From assembly GCA_002011125.2 (NCBI GenBank), contig MTMF02000009.1, positions 1,768,989-1,832,988 on the forward strand: a stretch of DNA of 64,000 bases. The letters run 5' to 3'. This document shows positions 1 to 9,261 of this stretch, in pieces. This stretch comes from Candidatus Hydrothermarchaeum profundi (GTDB taxonomy: Archaea; Hydrothermarchaeota; Hydrothermarchaeia; Hydrothermarchaeales; Hydrothermarchaeaceae). Numbering within the stretch: the stretch's first letter is position 1; each line of letters starts with the position of its first letter. The position numbers and the translations under genes were made by a program. The notes under the pieces were generated by a model that saw nothing but the letters and a program-made list of their open reading frames with translations, was not told where the DNA came from and did no database searches.

Positions 1-168
1 AGTAACCGCTATTTTGTCTGCCTCTTCCATTATGCCCCCTAAGAATCTAGCAAACTCATCTTTTTTCCTCCAGAAGGGGAAGTAGTGTATGTGACTTCGG
101 ATTTTACCCTCCATAAGCACCAACTTCTTTGTGTTAGCTCCCCCTATATCAAAAGTCAAAATCTTCAA
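1..168 (-). CDS. mfnF: Methanofuran biosynthesis protein MfnF (MJ0840/hydantoinase-A-like), runs off the window edge
   Basis: Manual translation from TTG at 168 gives MKILTFDIGGANTKKLVLMEGKIRSHIHYFPFWRKKDEF... The DIGGANTK and YFPFW motifs are typical of the family, and the start overlaps the mfnD stop (TTGA). Confidence 0.8.
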   Translation of the reverse strand, partial: MKILTFDIGGANTKKLVLMEGKIRSHIHYFPFWRKKDEFARFLGGIMEEADKIAVT

Positions 169-1115
169 TCTATCATCTCCCACGAGATTGAGTATCCTCC
201 GTAGGATACATAGCTGCCTGTTACCGTGCCCTTCTCCTTTTTTAGATATACGCTTTTTTTAGGCAGATATTTATTAATCTCCTTGCCGTGATAATTTCGT
301 AGGAGTAGCTCCGATATATTGAAGCCGTATACGTCATTTAAAGCTATTATGGGCACAGTAGGTCTTGGATTGATCTCTATAATATTTACCTTCTCGTTTA
401 GAACAAAGTCGACACCTACATAGCCAAATAGACCCTTTATCTTCTCAGCGGCACTAATTATATCCTCAACGTTCTCTAAGTTGAAAGGTATTTTAGCTCC
501 ATGATACTTGAAGTCCCTTATCTCTTGGGTATTAATGCTTATAACGTGAACATCATCTCCTATTATCAGGCTTGCACTACAAGCTTTCCCAGGTACGTAT
601 TCTTGTATCAGGTAGCCTCTCGGGACTCTGCGGAGGTCACTTTCACTTTTTATTAGCGAAACGCCCTCACATGATACTCCATCTCTTGGCTTTGCTATAG
701 CCGGGAGGTCTATGCTTGTTTTCCCATCGTAGATCTCGGTCTTAGGCATATATTTTTTGAGCTTTTTATATGTCCTATACTTGTCTCCTGCGTCCAAGAT
801 CCCCTGGGTATTCGACCCCAGATTAGGACAGTCGATTTTCTCAGCCATCAAGGTGAGGTCATAAAGAATATTGTCGGTTTCCGGTGCAATTATTAGGCAG
901 TAGGCAGCTTTTCCCAAGTATTCTGCAAACTTATCCCTATAGTCACTCACCTTGGGGTAGTTGAAAAGGGGTATCCGTCTGTCAATAAAGGTATATACAT
1001 CTTTAAAACCGTCTAAGAGTATCTTAAACATTCCAAGTCCTTCCACCGTTATAGAGGGCTCCAGCTCCTTGAAAGCTCCGCATGTAGCATACTCAAAGAG
1101 GAAAACATGCTCCAT
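165..1115 (-). CDS. mfnD: ATP-grasp protein, tyramine--L-glutamate ligase (MJ0815-like)
   Basis: FEYAT N-terminus, IIAPE, KPRDG, IQEYVPG, GYVGVDFV and IEINPR ATP-grasp motifs; adjacent to mfnF. Confidence 0.8.
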   Translation of the reverse strand: MEHVFLFEYATCGAFKELEPSITVEGLGMFKILLDGFKDVYTFIDRRIPLFNYPKVSDYRDKFAEYLGKAAYCLIIAPETDNILYDLTLMAEKIDCPNLGSNTQGILDAGDKYRTYKKLKKYMPKTEIYDGKTSIDLPAIAKPRDGVSCEGVSLIKSESDLRRVPRGYLIQEYVPGKACSASLIIGDDVHVISINTQEIRDFKYHGAKIPFNLENVEDIISAAEKIKGLFGYVGVDFVLNEKVNIIEINPRPTVPIIALNDVYGFNISELLLRNYHGKEINKYLPKKSVYLKKEKGTVTGSYVSYGGYSISWEMID

Positions 1116-1253
1116 GTTGAATGTTTTGGATTATAATTAAAATTATTATGCTTAGCGGTTGAAAGCTATGGGTTATGTTTATCTATTTTTGAGAATTGAG
1201 TTAATTTTATAGGGGAGAAGATTCCCTAGATATGAACGGAAGGAGAGTAACGT

Positions 1254-1778
1254 ATGCTCGGTGTCAGCATAAAGGAGTGTATGACCAGAGAAGTGATCAG
1301 TATTGATGGAAAGACTTCGATTCGAGAACTTGCTAAAACCATGAGAGATCATGGGATTAGTTGCGTCGTACTTCAGAGGAATGGAGAGCCCTGCGGAATA
1401 GTAACTGAAAAGGACTTAGTGAGGAAATGCATAATCGAGGGTATAGACGCAAATTCTAGCTCCTTTAAAATTATGAGTTCTCCTCTCATAACTGTAGATG
1501 GGAACATAGCTCTTACTAAGGCAAGTAAACTCATGGAAAAACATGGGATCAGGCGACTTGTCGTAACCGACCAGGGGAGAGTTGTAGGCATTATAACGGT
1601 TACAGATATCCTAAGAATCTCTCTTAAGCTTGTCTCAGAATTTTCTAGGACCTTTGAGGAAATAGAAGAGCTTTTGAAAAATCTTTTCAAGATAGCTGAC
1701 TCAAGCATAGAGATACTCGAGAAGATGCAGGAGTTCAAGAAACTGAGGGAGAGGTTAGAAGAGCTGGAGAGGAGGTAA
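1254..1778 (+). CDS. CBS-domain pair protein with C-terminal helical tail
   Basis: Two CBS repeats (GIVTEKDL, MSSPLITV, IRRLVV, GIITVTDI). Confidence 0.85.
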   Translation: MLGVSIKECMTREVISIDGKTSIRELAKTMRDHGISCVVLQRNGEPCGIVTEKDLVRKCIIEGIDANSSSFKIMSSPLITVDGNIALTKASKLMEKHGIRRLVVTDQGRVVGIITVTDILRISLKLVSEFSRTFEEIEELLKNLFKIADSSIEILEKMQEFKKLRERLEELERR

Positions 1779-3098
1779 CTATAGTCCTATACCGAAGTAT
1801 TTTAAACCTGTGGTAGCAGTTTTATTAGGATCTAAAATCCTCCTTCCATCAACAATAACCCCTGGTTTTTTCATTACCTTTGAAAGCTTTTCTAAATCTA
1901 GGCTTTTGTAGACATCGTGGTCTGTTAAAATCACAAGGCAATCTGCTTCTCTTGTTACCTCAATTATATCATTGGAAAACTTTCCTCCGAAATCCTGAGT
2001 TACAAGAGGGTCATGGGAAAAGACCTCGCATTTTTTCATAAGTTCCTCTATCACGGCCTTAGAGGGGGTATTCCTAACATCATCGGTATTACCCTTATAA
2101 GCTACTCCAAGTATCGCCACTTTTGAATTCTCTACTCTCTTGCCTGTAGCTTTCAAAGCTCTCTCAATAATTTCTAAGAGGTGCTTAGGCATAGACTCGT
2201 TGAGTTCTCTGGCAGAGGTTATCACTTTCAACTCTAATCCCAGTTCTCTTGCTTTGTCTATCAGGAAATACGGATCCTTAGGTATACAATGCCCGCCAAC
2301 TCCCGGTCCAGGCATATGAAGGTTTACCCGCGGATGCTTATTAGCGAGGCTTATAACTTTCATAACATCTACGCCGAGCTTTTCGCAGAGGAGGGCGGTC
2401 TCATTGGCGAGAGCGATGTTCACATCTCTATACGTGTTCTCTATGAGTTTAACTACCTCAGCTGTAGCGATATCAGTGGTAAATACTTCCCCAGAGGTGA
2501 TGTTAGAGTATAATTGTTTAGCTAGGATAGCGCTTTCTTCGTTTATGCCTCCGACTATTCTGTCATTTTTCTGAATTTCCTCTAATGTCTTTGTGGGGAT
2601 GGCTCTCTCTGGAGAATATGCTAAGAAGTAGTCTTTCCCTGCAACGAGACCGCTTTTGTTTAGAATGGGTATGGCAAGATTTTTAGTTGTACCGGGCGGT
2701 AGAGTGCTTTCTATTATAATAAGCATTTTTTTACGCAGGTTTTCAGAGATGGTTTCTAGAGCTTTTTTTAGGCAGCTGAGATCTGGCTTCTTATTACCGC
2801 CAATAGGTGTCTGAACCACGATTAATATGACATCGCTTTTTTTAACTACCTCGCGGGTATTTACCGTAGCGACAAGTCTTCCTGATTTCACCGCCTTTTC
2901 CACAAGCTCTGGAAGACCTCTCTCATTTATTGGTGCTTTTCCCTGATTTACCTTATTGACTATTTTGCTACTGATATCGCCCCCTAAGACAGTATATCCT
3001 CTGTCAGCGAGAATTGCTGCCATAGGCAGGCCAACATATCCTAGACCTATAACGCCTATTTTGCAAGACTTATCGCTGATCTCTTTCTTAGTAACCAT
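1779..3098 (-). CDS. wecC: Nucleotide-sugar dehydrogenase (UDP-N-acetyl-D-mannosamine dehydrogenase family)
   Basis: GLGYVG Rossmann motif, ESTLPPG, SPER, ENTYRDVNIA, GVGGHCIPKDP; start placed at ATG 3098 behind a GGAG. Confidence 0.85.
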   Translation of the reverse strand: MVTKKEISDKSCKIGVIGLGYVGLPMAAILADRGYTVLGGDISSKIVNKVNQGKAPINERGLPELVEKAVKSGRLVATVNTREVVKKSDVILIVVQTPIGGNKKPDLSCLKKALETISENLRKKMLIIIESTLPPGTTKNLAIPILNKSGLVAGKDYFLAYSPERAIPTKTLEEIQKNDRIVGGINEESAILAKQLYSNITSGEVFTTDIATAEVVKLIENTYRDVNIALANETALLCEKLGVDVMKVISLANKHPRVNLHMPGPGVGGHCIPKDPYFLIDKARELGLELKVITSARELNESMPKHLLEIIERALKATGKRVENSKVAILGVAYKGNTDDVRNTPSKAVIEELMKKCEVFSHDPLVTQDFGGKFSNDIIEVTREADCLVILTDHDVYKSLDLEKLSKVMKKPGVIVDGRRILDPNKTATTGLKYFGIGL

Positions 3099-3434
3099 CG
3101 CTCCAAATCTAAGCATCACACCTATTTTAAGCTTTCCGGTGAAATTGTTCCGGGGCGAAGATTCATTTAGCGGTATACTGCTCTTATTTTAAAAAATATG
3201 TCTTATAACCATTTCTAACCATTTCTAATGCCTTTTTTATATTTAATTTTCTTATAAAATCATTTTTATTATTATTTTTTTCTAAATATACTACATAATA
3301 GCATTATACGGTCTTTAAGCAATATTAAAATCGCTCTTAGTTCATCATTAGTAAGCGGTAAAAAGAGTTGGAGCCAAGAAATACTTTGATATTTGAGGCA
3401 TTAGCGGCGAGAGGATTCCCTAGCGCAATAGTGG

Positions 3435-3681
3435 ATGTACAAGATACCAGAAGTCCTCGTGGCTCTAGCAGTCGAGCCTGAGAGATGGGAAGAAGCATAC
3501 CTATATACTCTAGGAACCGTAGCTGCAGTTGTCCCTGATTTACAAAAAAATTACTGTTATGCAAGTCTCTGAGGAAGGAGAGCTTCTTAGAGAGATGAGC
3601 GCTTCAACAAGTGAGGTAGATGCACTTAACTATAAAATCTCCTTAGATGACCTGAAGTCACGTTTAAGCGGGGATACATAG
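3435..3681 (+). pseudogene. Possible frameshifted small gene or gene remnant
   Basis: ATG 3435 reads MYKIPEVLVALAVEPERWEEAYLY...; removing one A from the A7 run at 3544-3550 gives an 81-aa frame ending at TAG 3681. No family recognised. Confidence 0.3.
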
Positions 3682-3686
3682 CACTA

Positions 3687-6600
3687 TTATGAGGCAAGCC
3701 TTTTACTTATAATGAACCAGACCTTTTTTCGAAGCTTTCTATCCGGGATGTATCGCTCCAGGTAACTTTGGATATCTTTAACAATAATGCCTAGATCATT
3801 TTGATATTTTTTAACCGCTTCTATTACCCTCTTTTTATTCACGGGTACCTTTATACTTCTAGCACCGTTTATCACAGCGTAGTGTATGTACTCCGCCTTC
3901 TCTGGGTATTCGCAGTTGAATCTTTTACCTCCAATATTAACGTAGAAGCCGTTTAAGTCTGAGCCTGTCATTGAAGGGCCTCCGGGAACCTCTACTATCT
4001 CCACTAGAGTAGTATCGGGGATATACTCTTCTGGGAATTTCTTCAATCTGCTTATGTCTACCTCCCGCAGAATAGCTTCCGCTATATCCTCTGGTCTAGA
4101 TCCTCTGGATTTCTTTTTCCTAGATACGCTTTCCGCTTTCTCTATCCTTGATTTAACCAAGTTTACTACCGCTCTGTAAACCTCAAGCTGCTCTTCCTCG
4201 GTTAAACCTAATATTTCTCCCATAATGATTTTGTCAAGCTCTCTGCGATCGGGTTTCACCTTATCTAATGAAACATCTTCAGGTTTCTTTGCACCGATCT
4301 CATCGAAAACTGAACCAATCGGACGTTTGGAAAGCCTATCAAAGGCCTTTTTGAGTTTTTTGATATTTCTTTTTTGCAATTGAAATGGATCGAAAACTAG
4401 AATATCTTTTAATTCATAAACTTGAATTTTTAATGGACCGCCTCCACCGCCGTAGCTTCTAGTAAGAATCTCAATCAACATAAAATTATAACTTGAAGTT
4501 AAAATAGCTGAAAGAACTGCAGAGTTTCCTATTAGATATACATCAAAAAATTCACAATCAAAAAATACTCTCGACGAATTTAGTATCGAAAAAATCCGTT
4601 CTCTCAATATATAGGGCCAGCCAATTTTTCCAGGGACCCTTTCACCTAGGTCATACCATCTTTTTCTACTAGCACATGTAGGTCTTTCATGGAACCCTCT
4701 CTCTTCCCCCCATTCTATGTATTTTAAAACATTTGTTCCATTCAATTCCTCTCTATCCTTGTGGATCATCAGCACCCTATATTTTAAATCCCCTAGATCA
4801 ACAATAACTCCCTGACACTCCCTAGGGCTCTTAACAACATAGTTGGGAATCCAGTAAACGTAGCCGTCTTCTCTTAAAAAATCCTTTAATGATAGTCTAG
4901 AAGAATATTGAGATTTTTTGAAGTACTTGCCGCCCTTATCCCTCCAAGCATGACCTTGTACTGGGACTTCAAAGTCCTTCTCTATAGGGTGCATCCAGAA
5001 TTCTCTTTCGATACTCCACCTTGCAATATCTTCATCTATGAGATAGAAGAACTCGTTTGCACCGGTTGTAAACCCTCTACAAACTTCTGCGATTTCCTTT
5101 AAGGGAACCAGCAGGTCTCTACCTTTCTCGATAATCTTAAAGAAAATCGGTGGTGCTCTAACATACTTCCCCCATTTAGAGCCTACGTATCTGCCAGCCT
5201 CTTTGTCATAGCCCTCTTTCCAAAGCTCAGCCTGTTTTTTAGGGAATATCCTAATCTTCTCGTCTTCGTAAAATTCGGTCTTATTTTCAATGAGTTTTAT
5301 TAATTTCTCTATAGACCCGAATTTCTTTTCATCGTCATCGGTCTGAGGAATTATCTCGCTTAAAGGCTTGAGCAATTGAACAAATTTCACGACATTTTCT
5401 TCGCGCTCTTTCTTTCTTTTTTCATCCTCTTCTTGATTTTCTGAGTAACACCTTTCTAGGATAGTCACAGCAGTATTAACATCAGCCTCCTCAAACCACC
5501 GCTCTACCTTGGATTCTATAATGGCTACTATCTTTGTCTTTGTAAGGAAGAACTCCTGTAAGTACTTCCCATAATCTACATCAAGCCAGGAGTTAGAGGT
5601 TACATATCCAAATCTGCCCTCCTCCCTAAGGAACTTCAATCCATGAAGGAAGAAATAGGCATGGACACCTGCCCTCTTACCTAGGATTACATTCCTACCC
5701 CAATCCTGTTTTATAACAGCATTAAGGACTTTCTTATACTCTGGCTTATAGTCCTCAAGTTCTTCCTGCCTAGTATACGGAGGATTACCAACAACGGCAT
5801 CCATATACGGTACATATAGCTCCTTTTCACCCTTACTTAGTGTACTAATTCTCTCCCCAATATTAAGCCACATCCTAAGCTTCTTCTGGTCCTGTGTAGG
5901 ATAAATATGGAAGAAGTCCTTGCAGATAATCTGAGGATAATTCTCCACACTAGCTAAGTTACGAATCGCCAGACTAATAGTCGAGAGGTGGGCTGGGAAC
6001 TTAGCTATATCAATACCATACAGCTGCGAGAGAACCTCACTATGCGACTTAGTAGGATTAAAAGTCTTCAAGCGAGCATAGCTTCTAACAAGAAACGTTC
6101 CAGCACCACATCCAAAGTCTGCGACGATATCTCTCTCACTTTTAACACAGAAACCTATTATTAAGTCCACTAGGCCTGGACGTGTGAAATACTGCCCAAG
6201 CTTGTGCCTCTCGTTCACAGGTATCAAGCTGTCGAAAATCCTACCTATATCTTTCAAGCCTATTTGGGAGAAATCGTATTTTGAGAAACTGTTGATAAAA
6301 TGCCTAAAGTTAGGTATAATCTCGTCGGGTAGAGGAATGCCTTCAATAAAGTTAGTAGCAAAGACGGTCTCATAGTCGCCGGTAACTCTCTCCGCAATAT
6401 CGAAGTATTCCTGAAGCCTCCTCTTTAAAGCCTCACTACTGTCGATGCCCTCTGGGATAGTTATTTGTTTTAAATTATACTTAAGCCTTAGAGTGTTATA
6501 GAATAGAAGCTTGTCTAGGAGTAGGTAAAGGAATTGTCGAGCTATCCTTTCAAAATCTTCATCAGAGGAAGGAAGAGTCCATCCTTGCTCTATGAACCAG

Positions 6601-7259
6601 CCATTTAGCTGTGTCCTAAAGCCATTATCCTTCTCATACACCTCCATTAGATGAAGAGAAATCGGCATATCGAAGGCATCTACGGTAGAGTGGAGGCTTG
6701 CAATAAAAAACTCATCAACAGGCGGCTTAGAGATTTCGCTTTTACCCAGATATACCTCTTCTAGGTCTTTGAAGAATTTTCTCAGGAACTCTTTTATCTG
6801 CTTTTCAACTATTGGCTTATCTATCTCCTTGAGGTTTCTTATCTTAGTTACCTCATACCTCCTAACCCTCCTGTCAACTACGCTCCTAGCTTCTGGATCA
6901 AAGGTCTTCCATAGGAAGAGCTCATTAATATTCCAAGTACCAATATACTCTATCTGAGGACTTGCCATAGTAGCTTTGCGCTGAGCATCGTTCAAAATAT
7001 AATCATGAGTCCATCCCAGAGGAGGTTTAAGCTCGATTAGACATACCACTCTACGATTTTTCTTCCACCAAACGATAAAATCCGGAAAACTAATGCTACT
7101 ACCATCTGAAGTCTTAATCTCAATCTGCGAGTCTACATACTCTAAAGGAGAATCGATCTCTTTTAGTACTTCGCTCATCCAATTGGTAAGTCTCCTCCTA
7201 AGAGTGTCCTCAACATATCCAAAGCTTATAGATATATCATCTCTCTTGTGATATTTCAT
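3687..7259 (-). CDS. Type IIG/IIL restriction-modification fusion (PD-(D/E)xK nuclease + N6-adenine methyltransferase + target recognition domain)
   Basis: FPDFIVW...IELK nuclease motif, GQYFT, DFGCGAGTF (motif I), VVGNPPY (motif IV); 1190 aa. Confidence 0.88.
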   Translation of the reverse strand: MKYHKRDDISISFGYVEDTLRRRLTNWMSEVLKEIDSPLEYVDSQIEIKTSDGSSISFPDFIVWWKKNRRVVCLIELKPPLGWTHDYILNDAQRKATMASPQIEYIGTWNINELFLWKTFDPEARSVVDRRVRRYEVTKIRNLKEIDKPIVEKQIKEFLRKFFKDLEEVYLGKSEISKPPVDEFFIASLHSTVDAFDMPISLHLMEVYEKDNGFRTQLNGWFIEQGWTLPSSDEDFERIARQFLYLLLDKLLFYNTLRLKYNLKQITIPEGIDSSEALKRRLQEYFDIAERVTGDYETVFATNFIEGIPLPDEIIPNFRHFINSFSKYDFSQIGLKDIGRIFDSLIPVNERHKLGQYFTRPGLVDLIIGFCVKSERDIVADFGCGAGTFLVRSYARLKTFNPTKSHSEVLSQLYGIDIAKFPAHLSTISLAIRNLASVENYPQIICKDFFHIYPTQDQKKLRMWLNIGERISTLSKGEKELYVPYMDAVVGNPPYTRQEELEDYKPEYKKVLNAVIKQDWGRNVILGKRAGVHAYFFLHGLKFLREEGRFGYVTSNSWLDVDYGKYLQEFFLTKTKIVAIIESKVERWFEEADVNTAVTILERCYSENQEEDEKRKKEREENVVKFVQLLKPLSEIIPQTDDDEKKFGSIEKLIKLIENKTEFYEDEKIRIFPKKQAELWKEGYDKEAGRYVGSKWGKYVRAPPIFFKIIEKGRDLLVPLKEIAEVCRGFTTGANEFFYLIDEDIARWSIEREFWMHPIEKDFEVPVQGHAWRDKGGKYFKKSQYSSRLSLKDFLREDGYVYWIPNYVVKSPRECQGVIVDLGDLKYRVLMIHKDREELNGTNVLKYIEWGEERGFHERPTCASRKRWYDLGERVPGKIGWPYILRERIFSILNSSRVFFDCEFFDVYLIGNSAVLSAILTSSYNFMLIEILTRSYGGGGGPLKIQVYELKDILVFDPFQLQKRNIKKLKKAFDRLSKRPIGSVFDEIGAKKPEDVSLDKVKPDRRELDKIIMGEILGLTEEEQLEVYRAVVNLVKSRIEKAESVSRKKKSRGSRPEDIAEAILREVDISRLKKFPEEYIPDTTLVEIVEVPGGPSMTGSDLNGFYVNIGGKRFNCEYPEKAEYIHYAVINGARSIKVPVNKKRVIEAVKKYQNDLGIIVKDIQSYLERYIPDRKLRKKVWFIISKRLAS

Positions 7260-7436
7260 TAGTTAACTCCTTGGGATTTCCAAGGATATACCCGAGATTT
7301 TCATTAAAAGATTATGTTTTCCGTAAAAAAAGAATTTAATTAAAAATACAACTAATAAAGCATAATAAAGCCTTAGTTAATACTAAATCTTATTTAAAAA
7401 GTGATTTATTAACACTAATAGGAAAAAACATTAGTA

Positions 7437-8174
7437 TCACATCATGCCTCTCTCTTTCATACTGACGAACTTTCCATTACCTATCACGACATGATCCCGT
7501 ATCTCGATCCCAATAGTACGTCCTGCTTCTATTATCCTCTTGGTTACCTCTATGTCGCCATCGCTTGGCTCGGGGTCTCCCGAAGGATGATTATGGACTA
7601 TTATCACAGAGTCAGCATTCTTCACCAATGCTATCCTAAAGATGCTCCTCGGCTCTAGGACGCTGATATTAAGGGACCCTACAGAGACAACTACCTCAGA
7701 GTTGTCTATAACTCCGCATCTCGTGTCAAGGCAGAGTACAACGACCTGCTCCCTATCTAAATCTCTCATCTTAGGCAATAGAAACTCTGCAACATCCTTA
7801 GGGTTTGATATCTCATATCTCTCTGTGCTCGGGTAATCCATCCGCTTAGCAAGCTCATAGGCCGCTTTGAGTTGGACAGCCTTAGCAAAGCCCATACCCG
7901 GAACCCAACGCAACTCATTGACATCTGCCGAGAAAAGAGACCTGAGACTACCATATTTTTGTAGCAGCCTATTCGCTACATCAACTGCCGTCTCTCCTTT
8001 CCTGCCAGAGCGGAGTAGGATAGCAAGCAGCTCAGAAGTGGAAAGCGCTGGCGCTCCATGCGCTGCTAACCTTTCCCTAGGCCTCTCGCTCGGTGGCAGG
8101 TCTTTAATATATATTTTATCCCCTCTTGGCCTAGAATAGCGGCTTCTCCAGTCCTTTCCTGCGTAGTCATCCAT
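7437..8174 (-). CDS. radC: RadC family JAB-domain protein
   Basis: ERPRERL...ELLAILL N-terminus, HhH segment GMGFAKA, HNHPSGDPEPSDGD JAMM motif, DHVVIG. Confidence 0.93.
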   Translation of the reverse strand: MDDYAGKDWRSRYSRPRGDKIYIKDLPPSERPRERLAAHGAPALSTSELLAILLRSGRKGETAVDVANRLLQKYGSLRSLFSADVNELRWVPGMGFAKAVQLKAAYELAKRMDYPSTERYEISNPKDVAEFLLPKMRDLDREQVVVLCLDTRCGVIDNSEVVVSVGSLNISVLEPRSIFRIALVKNADSVIIVHNHPSGDPEPSDGDIEVTKRIIEAGRTIGIEIRDHVVIGNGKFVSMKERGMM

Positions 8175-8228
8175 GAAATGCTGAAACTCACAGGAGAATA
8201 TATAGGCATGCTTTTTTCGGATAAAATC

Positions 8229-9161
8229 CTACTCCTCGAATTCTTTTTCTATCCTTATTCTCTGGGTCCTCCCGTGAGGCTCCTTTGAAACTATTTTTCT
8301 CTCACAGAGCACTGCGACTATCCTGCTAACTTTAGGCCTTGAAAAGCCTGTTTTAGCTGGCAACTGATCCTGCATTATTTCACCGCCGTTTTCTATAATC
8401 GCATCCACAACCTTTTGCTCATCTTCGGTTAGGATCTCATAGGAGACTTTCTCTCCCTTCTTCATTCGTAAGAGAGCGAAAACTAGAAACGCTCCAACAA
8501 CGAGCCCGCTTAAAAGGGAGAATACTTCCTTCGGTAACTTTTTCTTCTTAAAATCCTCTCCCTCTCCAACTGTGGTAACAGTATAACCTTGTGAGGATAG
8601 ATAATCCTTAATCTCCTGCGATATCCCTTTATCCACCAGCACCACTCTTTCAATTCTCATGGTATTCATCGCATCTTCTACGCTCATAGGAACCTCATTC
8701 TGCCTCGTAAATAGTATGGGAAACCCTGTCTCGCCAGCTATTCTGAGGGCGGTCAACATTCCCTCATAGGTCTCGCCGTTAACCAAGATGCATTCCTTAG
8801 AGTCAGGGTATAGCTCAATGGCAAACCTAGCTGATGTTCCATGACGGTCTGCACCGCTTATCCGGTTAGTCACAAATCCTAGTGCTTCAATCTCCCTCTG
8901 GACCTTTAGTGATATAGCGCTTTCTCCACCAATGATAAGCACCCTATCGTAGCCAGCCTCTCTATAGCCCTTCAACTGCACTTTAACTTCATCTAATAGT
9001 TCGTTCGGAGTTGTAGTAACGATGGGTATACCTGACTTCTGAGAGTATGCCTGCGCTATAACCCAGTCTGGAGGAAGATCACTTCTCACGAGGATTACAT
9101 CGTAGTTTGATAAGCTTCCAATAAAGAGTAACAGTAGTAGCGTTGTTATTAAACGCTTCAT
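8229..9161 (-). CDS. Membrane protein: signal peptide, cell-wall-binding repeat 2 (CWB2) units, TM helix, C-terminal winged HTH (COG2512-like)
   Basis: VLIIGGESAIS and RISGADRHGTS (CWB2); TM FSLLSGLVVGAFLVFALL; LTEDEQKVV...GGEIMQDQL...FSRPKVSRIV wHTH. Confidence 0.78.
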   Translation of the reverse strand: MKRLITTLLLLLFIGSLSNYDVILVRSDLPPDWVIAQAYSQKSGIPIVTTTPNELLDEVKVQLKGYREAGYDRVLIIGGESAISLKVQREIEALGFVTNRISGADRHGTSARFAIELYPDSKECILVNGETYEGMLTALRIAGETGFPILFTRQNEVPMSVEDAMNTMRIERVVLVDKGISQEIKDYLSSQGYTVTTVGEGEDFKKKKLPKEVFSLLSGLVVGAFLVFALLRMKKGEKVSYEILTEDEQKVVDAIIENGGEIMQDQLPAKTGFSRPKVSRIVAVLCERKIVSKEPHGRTQRIRIEKEFEE

Positions 9162-9261
9162 GGCTAAAGAACTAGATTACCGGACATATAATACTTGCGA
9201 ATTTCTCCGAATTTGACAATGCTTATTCTATTGCTTAAAGATTTGGAGTGGGAGGTGATTA

